A DNA stretch of 63,638 nucleotides, filler included, from Atractiella rhizophila (taxonomy: Eukaryota), in NCBI GenBank assembly GCA_021432655.1. It is 4 parts of 4 records of this genome, joined end to end, with 100 filler letters (N's around TTAATTAATTAA, not from the genome) between each part and the next. Parts side by side here need not be neighbours in the genome. Positions count along the whole stretch, not along the records: positions 25,565 to 51,011 come from MU271772.1; positions 51,112 to 62,490 come from MU271838.1; 2 more parts are not named here. The stretch is one strand, 5' to 3'. Positions 47,824 through 60,949 of the stretch are shown piece by piece; position 1 is the stretch's first letter, and the number at the start of each line of letters is the position of its first letter. The position numbers were made by a program, and so were the translations under genes. Below the pieces are notes generated by a model. It had not been told where the DNA came from. It searched no databases and saw only the letters and a program-made list of their open reading frames with translations.

Positions 47824-49066
47824 ATGCTAACAGCATGCCCACAGGCCCTCTCCACCTTGTCCATTCTCCAAAGTGTGCCCAACCTCCTTCAAAAGCGTAT
47901 GAGCCCTCGCACACCCTCCCTCGTGCAGCGCGCCTCCTTTACGTTGGTTTCGAATATACCCATGAACAATGATTTCCTGCTCAAGACGCTCGATACCTTC
48001 TCCAACGATCCTCATCTCACCTACACTTATGGGGAGAAGAAGTATGGCCCTTTTTCGGTGAGACGGATGAAGGAGAGGGCGGACGAGGTTTGGGAGAAGA
48101 TGGTGGAGTTGGATGATGAGGGAAAGACGGGGTGGAGTTTGGATCAGGCTCGTTTGAGGATCAAGTTGGAGGACGAGAGTAGGAGAGAAGATCCCAGTCC
48201 GTTTTCATTCTTTTTCGTTCTTTCGTTGACTGATCTCATACATAGGGAAGACCACTGAATGGGATTTTCAACCCGCAAACCTCTTGATCGAAGGCCGAGA
48301 CGAAAGCTTTCCCGCTTCTGTTCCCGCTTCAGCTGAAGCATTGGACGAAGCTTTGGCAACGCTCTATCTTCCCTGGAAGAGACAGCACTGGCACGACGTG
48401 CGCGTGTACCCAGAAACCGTCACTCTCCGGAACCTACAGATTCGAAGGCGACGTGACCTCACTCGGTTCTTCAGCCGAACGCTCCTTAAATCCTCCATCA
48501 GACATCTTCGGGTCGAACAGACCTCCCAACCTCAACCTCGCCCTCACCCTCATAACAGTCTTCAGAACGCCACAGAAAAGGCAGGAACCCTGACCGTAGA
48601 CGCGGTCCCCCTCGTTCTCTCCAAACTCAAATCCCTCACTCTAATCGGAGACTGTTACACTCCCCTCCTCTACACCAACCTCAACACCCTCCCACCCATC
48701 CTCCTCTCCATCCATCCCTCCACCCCCATCCCATTCCTACCCCGTCCCCCGCCTCCTCCGCCCCGCCTCGAACCCGCAGTCCTGCAGCGGTCGTGGGCGA
48801 AACAGCAGAAGAAGGAGGCGGAAGCGCTCCGGAGGAGCGGGAGGAGGTTGAAGCCTCATGAAGTCGGGTTTTGCGTCTCGGTTCTTGGGACATCGTTTCG
48901 GGTGAGGGAGAACGAACTGTTTCGGAGTCTGGAGGAGTTCAAGTTTCCGCCTCCGCCTTCACCTCCTTCGAATCCCCAGCGCAAGATTGATCGAGTTGGA
49001 ATGGACGTGGCGGTGACGCCGCGGAGGAGGAAGAGGAGAGCGGAGGAGGAGGAGGAGGAGGAGTAG
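47824..49066 (+). CDS. Hypothetical protein, 1 intron (~48197-48245); basic NLS-like and poly-Glu C-terminus
   Basis: ORFs 47824-48258 and 48284-49066 join in frame across a GT-AG intron (EDP|RKTTEWDF). Start may be 47899. Confidence 0.6.
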
Positions 49067-49731
49067 CCGATTAGCTCAGTCCAAATGTAGTTATGTCCGA
49101 CCAAAGTCAGCACCAACAAGAAGTTAATACGGCGAAGTATAACACGGTTGGACACCATTTAAATAATTTTTTCACCTTCTTAATACCCCGAGATGTTATT
49201 TCTTAACGGTTCGCCTTAACGCTGATCTTTGCTCGACACCAGTTACTATTGAACTCTTGTTGTGTTTTGTTTGAACCTTCTCTCACGTCATAGTCTCACG
49301 TTCTAACATAGACGCTGCCCTGCTCTTAAACTTCTCGCTACTTACGCTGCCCAATGCTCTCGTCTCTACTTTCTTACTTCTTTGCTTTCACTTCGCTTTC
49401 GTTTTTGAACTTGTGCTTCTTTTCTTACGTAGGCAGTATTTGCAAACATGTTTCAGAGCTTCTCTTCTAGTGCCGTTGGATGGTTAGTAGAAAAGGAAGA
49501 GGAGTGGTTGCAGGAGGAAGTGCGGGAGGTTGGATGAGAAGAAGGAGTTGTAGCCGAAGGAGGGGAGAAAGAGGGAGAGGGAGGCTCAAACTTCTACACC
49601 ACCGCCGCCTGACCTGTTCAAGAGGAATAGCTCGGTGAGGAGTGAGGGGTGGAGGCCGAGGCAGTGCAGGCTTTTGTGGAGGAGCGAGTAGGTGGCAGAG
49701 GAGAAGGGGAGGAAGGGAGAGGGGGTAGGAG

Positions 49732-50128
49732 NNNNNNNNNNNNNNNNNNNNNNNNNNNNNNNNNNNNNNNNNNNNNNNNNNNNNNNNNNNNNNNNNNNNN
49801 NNNNNNNNNNNNNNNNNNNNNNNNNNNNNNNNNNNNNNNNNNNNNNNNNNNNNNNNNNNNNNNNNNNNNNNNNNNNNNNNNNNNNNNNNNNNNNNNNNNN
49901 NNNNNNNNNNNNNNNNNNNNNNNNNNNNNNNNNNNNNNNNNNNNNNNNNNNNNNNNNNNNNNNNNNNNNNNNNNNNNNNNNNNNNNNNNNNNNNNNNNNN
50001 NNNNNNNNNNNNNNNNNNNNNNNNNNNNNNNNNNNNNNNNNNNNNNNNNNNNNNNNNNNNNNNNNNNNNNNNNNNNNNNNNNNNNNNNNNNNNNNNNNNN
50101 NNNNNNNNNNNNNNNNNNNNNNNNNNNN
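49732..50128. other. Assembly gap (sized N run)
   Basis: 397 N. Confidence 0.97.
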
Positions 50129-51011
50129 CTTCGATAAGAGCCTTGTCTGCCTCCGGCTCAGGGACTGGGCATATAAGTGCATCAGAGTGATGACGGTGAA
50201 GAATCCAGATGAAGGTTCTTCCCTCGCCGTCTTCTGCTTGAAAGATCCCGATCAAGCGCTTCATCTGATCGAGCGGCACCAGTCGGAATTCGTTGCTCCA
50301 TTGGCAAAGTATTTCGCTCCTGAAAAGGTTTCAGCATTTGGTGAAGAGCTGAGTGAGTACGAAGAGCTTGTCAGTGGCTGGGTCTGTTTCTGGGTCAAAG
50401 AAAGACTCTGGGACCCGAATGTAGACCACTGTCTTCCCATAGAAGATATCTCCTTTGTCGTCAATGCCCTGTTTCCGTCATTAGAAGAGATAGCAAGACA
50501 CATTAACCCGCAACTTACCTCATACCTGCATGCTTTCCGTGCATCGAATTTCCATGACCTCTCCAGCTTCCGAGACCGAATGATATCCCCATTAGCCAAG
50601 GCACACCGTCCCCAATGCTCCCACTTCGCCACGACTTTCTCCAAGTCCAACCCCTCGAGATTCTTCCTGCGAGCAAAGCAGTGAGCTTGAATCAAAGCAA
50701 GTTCATGCATCCATTCGATGCTGTATTCGGTACCTTGAAGCTTCGCAAGCTTTGTAAGAGGAATCGATGCCCAGCGAGGGGAATAAACAGAGTTGCGTGA
50801 GTGAGCGGGAGAGAAACGCCGATATCGAGAGCCAGCGTTCCCATGGATCACATTTGCGGCTGGGTATAGAATATCCATGATGTTCATTTGCTCCAGCAAC
50901 AGGGCTTGGTTAAGCAGGTTCTCTTGGTATTTGTTGTCCTGATTGATTCGTTTCTTGAGGAATCCGATCATTCCCTCCATCGGGAACTGTGAGTAGAGGA
51001 TCCCCGGCCCC
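50129..51011 (-). mobile_element. CACTA/EnSpm (CMC, Tnp2-type) transposase C-terminal fragment, pseudogenised
   Basis: GPGILYSQFPMEGMIGFLK resembles the GPxxxxxxFPMERxxGxL motif. It is followed by WGRCALANGDIIRS, then after an intron FYGKTVVY...VPLDQMKRLIG...WILHR. In-frame TGA at 50331-50333. The contig is isolated between two gaps, as expected for a repeat. Confidence 0.65.
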
Positions 51012-51111
51012 NNNNNNNNNNNNNNNNNNNNNNNNNNNNNNNNNNNNNNNNNNNNTTAATTAATTAANNNNNNNNNNNNNNNNNNNNNNNNNNNNNNNNN
51101 NNNNNNNNNNN
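51012..51111. other. Assembly gap with TTAATTAATTAA linker
   Basis: 100-nt N block with spacer. Confidence 0.97.
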
Positions 51112-51299
51112 ACACCCGTAGCGACGACGGGATTTCCCCAATAAAGATACCAATTAACCCACCATCTCTCCATAAAATTAAGGCTCTCAAAGTCCGTTCC
51201 CTTGTAGAGTACGTCTGCGGGCACGTTGTCAGAGAGGAGGTCGTAGGCCTGTGATGGCACCCAAGCGGAGGCGTTGAAGCGAGATAAAAGGGAAGTCAT
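51112..51299 (-). CDS. ERG25: C-4 methylsterol oxidase, first exon only (rest not in the visible sequence)
   Basis: MTSLLSRFN...LYKGTDFESLNFMERWWVNWYLYWGNPVVATG is the characteristic N-terminus of basidiomycete Erg25. A GT donor follows just before the gap. Confidence 0.8.
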
Positions 51300-51390
51300 C
51301 TTCAAGACTCGTATGCCTGCTTTGCTCTGTGAAGTTGAGCTTTTGTAAGTGGCGATAGGAGAAGTTGAAAGATGAGTGAGGAACCTCGTC

Positions 51391-51436
51391 GTTTTTATAG
51401 CTGCTTGTTTTCGCTGGAATCGTGCGATGTGATTGG
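51391..51436 (-). promoter_or_regulatory. ERG25 core promoter: TATA, SRE-like ATCGTGCGAT, CCAAT
   Basis: Minus-strand TATAAAAA at about 51392-51399, near-palindrome ATCGTGCGAT at 51419-51428, and minus-strand CCAAT at 51432-51436. Confidence 0.5.
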
Positions 51437-53182
51437 TCCGCCCCAAATTCACTCCTCGGCTGCTGCTGGCCCACAACTATTGGAGGGAACAACAACCCTT
51501 CTCGGAATCTCCAGAGCACCACCTTGACCATTCGTGGATACGATGTAAGCCATGAAGCTTATGACTGATGTTATTGGCCGAGAAACGGAGTATGAAGCCG
51601 CTTTTCCAGGGAGAACAATGGTGACGTGCTGCATGAGCACCCATTGGTGGAAGGCAAAACGCCAGTGGGGTTTCAGCCATGTCAGGGCTCTAAGGAGGCG
51701 AGACCAGCAAACAGAGGTGTGCTGTTCACTATTTCACTTGAAGGGAACGAGCGCCTCTTCGTTGGTGTTCTGACATTGTCTAAGAACGTTCCACAGAGGG
51801 TATGATAGCCTTTTCTTCTTCCTCCCCGGCATAGGATAGATTATCTCTTATGCATCGAAAGAGCTTTGTTCACTTTTACTTTGTAGACACCTACAATGAT
51901 AGGAAAAACGAGTCCACTTTGACATCCAGGTGTTATCTTCTTGAACATTGTTGTGCTTGTGAATCTTTGCGCACTTGAGTTCAAAACTTGGTTTGCCCTT
52001 CGTTTTCGATAGAGATCGTTGCTTTCAGCTCAAGTCTGCACCTTGTATCCGCGGTCTCACTATTGTCCTATTGCGAGATTAAAGTGAGAGGAGAGTTGAT
52101 CTTCAGTCATGTCTTTGCAGCCCAGCTCTCATTTATCTTTGGCTTTCCTTCATGGACACGACTTCGTGCGCCGTATTCTTTCTAGAGATCTACTGAGGTT
52201 TGAAGCTTAAGGGCTTAAAGTGTACCAGCAATGCTGCTGCGACGAAAGTGGAATGGCCCAAAAGCTATAACTCTACATAATCGATTACCAATATCTCGAA
52301 CATCTCTTCCCCTGAGTGTTTACTGTATCAATATGCTGTGTCTCTATGTGTACGGCAAAATCCTCCGATTCCAGAGCGCTATCTCAGACACTGGATGGGT
52401 TCCAAACACCAATTCTCTCAAAACAGCCATCGACACCTCAGAGAAGGGACAGTTCTTAAGAGTTCAAGAAGAGACCGTGAGTGGGGATCAGCGTTCAGCC
52501 GTGGAAGCAGAGTGAGAGCGACAGCACAGAGCCGCCTCATCGAACTTGATGCTTGATGGGGAGAACGATTGTACGGAGTGGGTGGTGACCTTGAGCGACA
52601 GGAGGATTGGGCGTAAGAAGTAGGGAAGGCGGAGAATCCCTCTCTTGTCGATTGGCACGATGAGGATGATCTGGAAATGACTCAGAACTAGCCCTTTGCG
52701 ACGAAATGAATCGTTATAGGTGCTATCATAACGTTGCCTTTTGCAGTTCATTGGTGTTCTGCGATCTAGTAAGTGATATTTACCCTCCAAACTCGTACTT
52801 TGAAAGCAACGTTTCTTACGCTCGTGCCTGGCTGGAGCGCGTGCTCTCTCTTCTCATTTTTGCATCTCACGGACACAATGCATCCTCATGCATTGTTGAG
52901 TAAACCCACTACTCGTGCGCGATTCCTATGCAGACTGCCCACTCTTAGCGCGCCAGTGCACTCGCTAGAAGCGCACCCTCCTTCGAGATTGCTGACATTG
53001 GCTACGCATTTTGTCCCTCTTGATACCTTTGTCGCTGGCCAAATGCATAGGTCCAACAAAGGTTACCTTACAACTTGAAGGAACATGTGTCCTCTCACGA
53101 GACCCATGCACTTTGGCTGTTTAAAAGCCACCTGTCTCACGTTTCTTTCACTTTCATAGATCTCAAAAGGAGCACACTCAAC

Positions 53183-53704
53183 ATGCCCACCGTTGCTTCT
53201 CCTTCCTCATCTCCCTCCCAATCCCCTTGTGGAAGCGGTCTCAAGCGGAAAAATTCCGAATTCCTGAGGTCGGCGAGTATGGATGGAGCCGAGTTTTTAG
53301 CCGCTAAAGAAGGTGTGCTCCTCCCGTTGAAGCGTCAATCTCGAGAGGTAGAAGTCCTCACGTCTGATCTAGCTCCGTATTTTATACCTTTCCCCTCGTC
53401 AAAGTCTCGGACGGAAAAGAAGTATAGGATAGAGGAAAACAAAGAGAATGAGAAGGTGAAGAAGGGGTTAGTGATTTTAGAAAGGATTAAGAGACAAAAA
53501 TTAGATTTAATAGATCATCCCAGTATGTATCTGAGCTGGCGGTCTTCCTTGATTAGCTTCTCACAGCTCCGCCGTTTATTTGTAGACCACGATGATAACG
53601 GAGCCGCTCGAGGTGATAGAGTGGACCTTGAAGGCACGCCGCGGCCTATACGGAAGCTCTTGGCCGAAAGAAAGAATCATGACGGAGCAGAGGGTGAGGC
53701 ATGA
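53183..53704 (+). CDS. Small hypothetical Ser/Lys-rich protein (splicing uncertain)
   Basis: ATG in good context after TTTAAAA. The open frame contains LKRKNS and KEN-like segments. Two possible GT-AG introns could change the C-terminus. Confidence 0.4.
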   Translation: MPTVASPSSSPSQSPCGSGLKRKNSEFLRSASMDGAEFLAAKEGVLLPLKRQSREVEVLTSDLAPYFIPFPSSKSRTEKKYRIEENKENEKVKKGLVILERIKRQKLDLIDHPSMYLSWRSSLISFSQLRRLFVDHDDNGAARGDRVDLEGTPRPIRKLLAERKNHDGAEGEA

Positions 53705-53982
53705 TATTCGGTTAGATAGCAGTTCCTATTTACAGACAATTTCAATCGTCAATCGCACGTTTCCCTCCGATTCAGTAACATTTATTTTTGTCGTAATTCC
53801 AAGGATGAGAGCCTCAGAGAAGACAATAAGCGTCATGTTTGAAGCAGAAAGTGAATGCTGTCTGCGCATAGACCTGAATTGCTTGGGAGAACTTTGAAGC
53901 TTCCTTGAGATAGATGGCCTAATGTGATAAACCAACCAGCGCATGGCAAATCAGTGTTGATGTGCGAACCAGAGGATAAATG

Positions 53983-55582
53983 TCAAAAATTAGGAAACAC
54001 CCATTTCACTGCAATTCCCTGTTCTTCGGCAACTTTCATCAATTCATGACAGATTGCCACGCAATCCGACCCGTAATAACCTTTTAGACAAAGACTTCTA
54101 AGGTTTCCTGGTAGCTTGGTGAATGTGAATCTCCAAAGATGCCGATCAAGGAAAGGGCCGAAACAGCTGTTCAAAGTCAGACGTTGTAACGTCGGGGCGA
54201 ATGGGCCAAACACGCCGGATTCGCAATCCCAGACACCGAGGGTGAAAGATTGAAGCTCCAATATTTTGAGGTTAGAAATTGCGTTCAAGGTAGGATATAG
54301 GCTGGGCGATAAATCTTCACCTATGATCGTATTAAGACATGCTACCGAATGGAAAGTTCGAGCAAGCCTCAAAATCTCGAGAGAATGTGCTAGCTCCCTC
54401 AAAAGCTCTAGAAGTAGTTCTGGTCTGAGAGTGTCGTCCACGGCGACTTCGAGCAGGCGAAGCTTGAGTAAGTTTGTATGCGGCGTCTTAATCTTCAATC
54501 TGGATCTGAGAAGAGCAGGCAAGTTCATCCCAAGCTGCGTCTTTGTATAGCCGGTTGCCTGCATTCGCATAGCTCTCAAGGAGGGAGGGAAAATGAAGAA
54601 GGGACTGTAACCATCATCATAAATGGAACTCTGCAATGCGATAGGTGAAGGTAGGTCCAAATATTCGCCTTCTTCCCATCCCCTTTCCTGCCAACCAACG
54701 CCCAAGATGTCCAGCGAGCGAAGGTATCTGCTATGACTGAAGCAACTCAAACAATCGTATGTTGGGTATAACCCATTGTCGAATATCATGAGGCGCTGGA
54801 TTGGGATAGTTGTCCAAATGCTAGACACCAAGGAGTCAGAACCCACGCCATCTAGAAACCGCACGAAATCTGAGAACGCTGAGAAAACCTTGAGATTCGA
54901 GCAGGTAACAAGTAATCGGATGAAGGACAATTTTTCAATTGGACTATTGTGTTCTGCGTGGATCGCAAATCGTAAGTGCTGGACCATTGGTGCGAGAGAT
55001 GGATTACGATCCAGAAAATTAAGTAAGTAGTGAATGTCGCGACAGATGCGGAGAACAGGTGGCGAGTGACATAAAGCTCGAAGAACCTGGACGGGTCAGT
55101 GTTTGCAGTAATTAGGTAAAGCGTAAATGCTCACAGCAGGAAACAGCGCTTTTGACAAAAAAAGCAGCTGGAACGTGCCCGAATTCCATTCAGGAATGAC
55201 GAGAGACATGATAATCTCACGGATTTCCTGAGGAAGACTTTCGAGGAAGCACAGAAGCTGACAGCGCGAGTCGCTAGCCCCAGGTTGTTCCACCGTCGCG
55301 AGAATGCTTGATCGAACATCCGTCGTCCTATAAATGATCATCTCGATATCCTGGACTTGTATAGAACACCTACTCAGGTTTTCGCGTATTTTGGATGTGT
55401 TCTGTTACATCAGACTTTTGATCCTCAGTCATTAATTCCCAAGCATTCTTCCAGAAATCGTAGCCTTGCCAGTCATCAATTCCAAAACCTATTGAGGTGT
55501 CCAGATTGCGAGTGGACCATTTTATGAACCAATTCTTGACGAATTCTTGCAACTCTTCCCTGGCTTCGTCAACGCTTTCCAT
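53983..55582 (-). CDS. F-box-like / LRR (RNI-like) protein, 2 introns
   Basis: MESVDEARE...|TTDVRS...LESLPQEIREIIMSLV (F-box-like LPxEI), |VLRALCH...NPSLAPMVQHL, then repeated LxxLxL units (LRSLDI, LEILRL, LKILEL, LQRLTL, LRSLCL). Confidence 0.65.
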
Positions 55583-56409
55583 GGCGCAACTGCCTAGTGA
55601 ACAATGCTGAGTATAAATAGATGTTTGCAAACGGTTCAGGACGTGAGGTTATGATGGTTTGTGTAATAGTCATCGAAGATTACATGTTATTTCCGTCCGC
55701 CTGCTCAAAGTTGAATAAAGACGGTTACATGGCAGTGGCAGGAAAGGTCTAGACGCAAAGCAGCAGATTGACGACAGATTACTTACTTCTCTAACTTGCA
55801 CTTTCTTCGGCATACACCCACGAAACAACCTGCCCTTCGTCCTGCCTTTCTGTTGTCCTCGCATATCTCAAGAAATGACGCAGGACCTGGTGATGGCATG
55901 TTCCGTGGCACAAAAGAGGAAGAAGACATTGATCCGAGTGAACTATGTAGACTAGTGCAGCAGACTTGGCGCCAGATCTTTTTCAAGAGAAGCGATGAAT
56001 TACTGGGAACTCCAGGAAACATTCCCTCAGAAGTTCACATCATATTGCAGTTCCAACCTGAGTAAGCTTGACTGGTGGCATCCGGTTTAGGAGTCCAGTG
56101 GGATATACATATAGACTTTAGACAACAGACCACCACAAATTGCAGGGAACAGCGAAACGCGAATCGGATTTAATCCAATATAAAAATATCTTATTTGGAT
56201 AGCCACCTCACTGACTCAAGTTGTATCAAGGTGTGTTTTGATGCTGCGTGAGGACAAACAGGCCCTGCTGCAGGAGGTACAGAGGCCAACCGCCTCCAAC
56301 GCTTCTTGTCGTCCTAATATTGCTCACAATATAATGCGTCGATTCCCTCCACTAGCTCGCCAGAATTCCCCCTCGACATCAAGCTCTGCATCATTCTAAC
56401 TTCTCAGCC

Positions 56410-59400
56410 ATGTCCCATCCATCTCAGCCATGTCGAAACTGTCTGCGCACTGGCGCCGCCTCAAGCTGTTACTTCCTCCCACGGCTCTTGGACGGCCATG
56501 GGAGAGAAGCGTGCGTCCCCTGCATGGGCAGAGGGATCCAGTCTGTCTTTTCCCGCAACTCCATGATCTATCTAACACAGGGATCACGAAGGTGCGAGCC
56601 TTCTGATCCTCCGCCGCCCCCATTGGGCGAGCGTCTCGAATCAATACCGGGATTGAAAGACTTCCGATCCACTCTCCTCACGTCTACTAATCCGTCGACA
56701 GCGACCCAGCAAGCTATAGCTCCACCATGGCTGACAACAGGCAAGTCTCGGTCGGGTGGTAACATGGACCTTTCACCTCTCACCAGCAGAAGTGGCGTGG
56801 TGCCACCACCACCACCGCCTCCCTCTCCACCTCCTACTTCACCGTTTCCAAACTCTCTCAGACTCGAGAACCGCATCTGGACCTCCTCACCACAAGCCGT
56901 TCAGGTCCCGCTTGCCCTCTTAACTGGACAAGTCGATCGGGAACTATTACAGCCCAATCAGAGGCTGAGAAGGGTCCTGGAGAAAAACGGATACATCTTG
57001 ACTCGCAAAAGTACTCCGAGTTTACAGTATCATCCTCACCTTTACATAGGTGGAGGTGGAGGCGGAGCGGGGGTCGGATTGTCTGCTGCTTCTACTCAGC
57101 TGTTGGAGACCACTTTGAGACAGAGCTTGAGTTATCACCTTGTCGAGGAGAGTTTTCGTGAGTTCTTCCCTCCATATCTCCTACTTCGTTTATAGCGTCT
57201 GCTCATCCGATTGATGTGTAATGCAAGGAAGCAATCCCCAGCCTCTGTCTATCGTCATCTTTCCCGACTTCTTGACCTCATTTGCTCAAATGGGAAACGA
57301 ACCATCGGCCATGGGAGTGTTAGGAGAGGTATATTCCCCTCCCCTTCTCCCCCTCCCCCTTCCTCCCTCTATCTCGCGTCCACATCTCACATCTTATCCC
57401 AAAACAAAAGCTGACGCACCCTCGTCCTCAAACAGGTTGTCGCCTCCACCTTTCTCGTGCGTGGAAGCTATGTCACTAGCCATTCCGTACGTGCTCTACT
57501 TTTCAATTCCACGCTTGCAATTTTGAACCCCAAACCAGAGCGTCCTGGGTCCTTTAGCCCTTGGTGTCCCTCCCGTCCTCGCAGGAGACTTGTAAGTCTC
57601 ATGTCACCATATTGGAACATCGATGCTGACACTAACTCACGGGCGGATGAAGAGTAAAATACGGGGAATCGCGAATGACGGTGGTCCATATTCTAGCTAA
57701 ACGCATGATGGACCTCGCGAGGGAGAGAGGAGTGCTAGAACCGCCTACCTCTCTCCCACTTTCTCTGCCATCAGCGCCAGCAGAAGAACGGGCGGATGTG
57801 CAGAGCTTAGATTTTCAGAGGGGAAAACCACGATTCGAGACCATCCTCGTCCTCGTTGAGATAGTCGGCATCTTGCTCCTCCGTTTGTCTCCCTTTCTTC
57901 CTTCAACTTTCCATTGTCCAACGTCAAGACTGGAAGTACTGACAAGTGCGGTGGGTGGGTTGTGGATTGTGGGATAGACAGTCGGACATCCTTCCAACCT
58001 AAAAGAAGCAAAACATATGCTCCACCTCGCTTATTGTCACTTCATTACCATCTGGGACTCCCCGTCCCATTCCGTTGACGAAAAGCTGGCAATGAGGGAT
58101 GAGTTGGCACTCTTCCTCTATGGGCGGGATGTGGATGTAGCTGTGTTGAGTGGGACCGTTCCTTGTTTGTTAGTCCTTCCTCCTCCTGCTTGCAGCACAA
58201 ACATTGATTCGAATATCATGCGAAGTACGGATAAGGACGTAGCGAGAGTGTTCGATGGACACCGGGTGAAAGCTAAATACCTCCTCTTCCCCGACGGTCT
58301 CATGCTCGACAAGCGGCCTGAAGAGATGATTGAGGACCGATCGGAGACGATACAGATGGTCAGATATTGTGTTACACGTACCGAACACTTGACAGGTTCG
58401 CTCTCTCTCCACCTCCTTTCCTCCCCTCCCTTCCCTTCCATTATCCGTCTACCCGTACACCCTCACTGTAAATTCGCACAACCAAGCACCTCAGGAACCG
58501 CAACATAACTCCCCCTTCCAATCAATTGTAGATGCATTCACTGACTTCGAACACAGCCCTCGCCTCACCGCACCTCCATCCGCGGCAGCTCTCCCTCATA
58601 GTCCACTCGCTCTGGAACAAGGTCACTTCAGTATACGACTGGCTGGAGGCGCATCACCGATGTGCACGGCTGAACCCGCGTTATGCAGCTATGGGACCAG
58701 TAGCTCAGGAGCCGGACTGGCATGTGCCCACCAGGCTGGAGGCCGTTCGTCTCCCCTTTTCATTCTCCCATGTCTCAGCGGTGTGGTTTTGGATTGAGAA
58801 GTAACTGATTTCATGGGTGATGGGAATGGACAGATAGATCGGTGTTTGAACGTCTTTCGAATACACGTCTTCGTATCCGCCTACTCCTCTTCCCTTCACT
58901 CTCATTCTCGTACAAGTCCGATAGGGATGGAAGAGGAGATGTTGGTTGAGGAGTTGGTGAAAGAGAGTGAGGTGAAGGTGCAGGAGAAGATTGGGTACAT
59001 CGCCGAACTTATGAAAGAAGATATGGTACGCTCCCACCCTCCATCCTTCCCCTCCCTCCTCGATGGATAGGAGTTGCTCGCAAGCGTAGCTGATAGAAGG
59101 GGAGGTGAAGCTGCAAGCTCCACTCGCAAACACTCTCGCCGTCGCAGTTCGACGGTTCGCCCTAAGCACTCTCGAGCAACTTCCTGGCGGTCCACGGTAC
59201 CTCAAGTCCGTCTCATCTCCCCTCCGCCTTGTTTTCGTCCGAATGGGCTAACAAGATTGGAAACCACAGAAAATACGTGCTGATGAACGACGGCCGAAGC
59301 GCGCAATCCAAACTCGAGGACATCTACTGGTCCGTCCTCCCATCCTCATTCAAAGCATAGCGAGTCTTTTCCGCTCCTTACATTTTGGGATCCCATAGGA

Positions 59401-59639
59401 TCCTCCAATCTGTCTTACCCCTCGGATGGTTCTCTCCCAAATACAAAGCGTGGCGTTCAGCGCTCGAAGAGGTCCTCACGCCCTCATCCTCTTCCAAGAC
59501 CACCAGTAATTCTGCAGCCGAGGGATTCTTCCGCGTCGGCGCATTCGCGGGTACGGATGGTGTTGGGGAGGAGAGGGAGAGGGAGAGGTGGGAAGAGTTA
59601 AAGGAGGGTTGGGGGAGCTGTCTGCCTGATTTGGGTTGA
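56410..59639 (+). CDS. Putative fungal transcription factor with atypical Zn2Cys6-like N-terminus, multi-exon
   Basis: CRNC-x8-C-x14-CVPC-x6-C after splicing, a Pro-rich linker, then a helical multi-exon body ending ...PLGWFSPKY...PDLG*. Confidence 0.6.
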
Positions 59640-59973
59640 TTTTTTCTTCCCCTTCCACTACCTACCATGATCATGTGAATGGTGACCGGAGCTAGAAAAT
59701 TTGTTCCGAGGTTCTGTGGCTTCAATGAAAGCCCCAACAGCGCTTGAAAGTAAACTTCTCATTGGATGTGTGATAATTTTGTAATTTGGAGCAGGAGTGC
59801 AGGAGTGGATTTGAATGCTGTAGATTATTCATTTTGACAAGGTATTCCATCTTTCCTTTCGACGAAAGTAAAGTGTTTTTATTTCCCTTCCTATACGTTC
59901 TCTATGTCAGCCCTCTCTAGGACGTCTAATATAATGGATGGGGTACCTTACACCAACAGCGACTGAAGAAGCT

Positions 59974-60491
59974 CTAAGAACTAAAAAGCTCTTCTTTCGT
60001 CATGATACCTATCCACATCATACACATCAATACGACTCTCCCACTTCGTTTAAACCATTCAAACTCGTTCGAAAGAGAAACACACCAAGTTCCCTCCTCA
60101 ACCCCTCCGTCTCCCTCACATACTCCCCATACTGTTTCTCATTCTCCACCTTCTCCCTAATCCCCTCAAAGACCCTCACGGCCGTACTAAAGTCGTTGAC
60201 CCTCCTACTAGCCTTCAAAGCCTCCTCGACCACCTCCTGCGAAGGCACCAAATCGTACGAGAAACAGTTGTTGAGTCCTCGTTGGAGCTCGAAAACGTCG
60301 GTGACGGTGCTGAAGAACTGTGCGTAGCGGGCGTTGAAGGCTTCGAAGGACTCTTCGGCGTGTGCTGCCGAGTATGAGCGCGCTCCCAGGGCGGGAGACG
60401 TTTTGAGGAAGATGGATGAGCTGGAGGGAAGGACGGCGGTGGAAGAGGGAAGGGCGCGGGAGAGACGAAGGGAGCGAGTGAGCAGTGTCAT
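59974..60491 (-). CDS. COX6: Cytochrome c oxidase subunit 6 (COX5A family), 1 intron
   Basis: Mitochondrial presequence, then EESFEAFNARY...DVFELQRGLNNCFSYDLVPS...ALKASRRVNDFSTAVRVFEGIREKVEN...LRRELG|IMTKEELFSS*. Confidence 0.96.
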
Positions 60492-60949
60492 TTTGTGCCT
60501 GCTGTGCTATTAGGAAAGCTTGGAAAGTAAAAGTTGGCTGAAGCGGAAGTCGCTCTTCGTTTCGTTGTTTTTGAGGAGGGCAGGTTCACGGAAGTTGGTC
60601 GGTTACTTTGCCCGAGCTGTGAGCCTTCGAGGTCATCTGCCTGCACTTTATTTTGTTGCTGTTACGTATTACGTATTTATTGTTGCAGCTGCTTCGACTA
60701 ACTCTCTGACATTGAAGCGTCAATCCAGGTACACAGCGCCAGGCCGACATCTAGAAGTATCGCTGAAGGAGGTCATCTTCCTGTTGTTATCTTCAAATTT
60801 CAAGTGTAGCACTTCTCCGCTTCAACAACAAAAAGCGTCCCCACTCAGCAGCTTGTCAGTCAGCATTCGATATATTGACGCGACTTTCCTTGGAAATTCC
60901 TTCAAACGTCGAAGAAAGTAAACTAGTCTGAAGAGCAAAGAAAGGCACG

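Noticed and set aside
50129..50684. Plus-strand open frame FDKSLVCLRL...RAKQ
   Set aside because: Antisense shadow of the transposase-like minus-strand frame.
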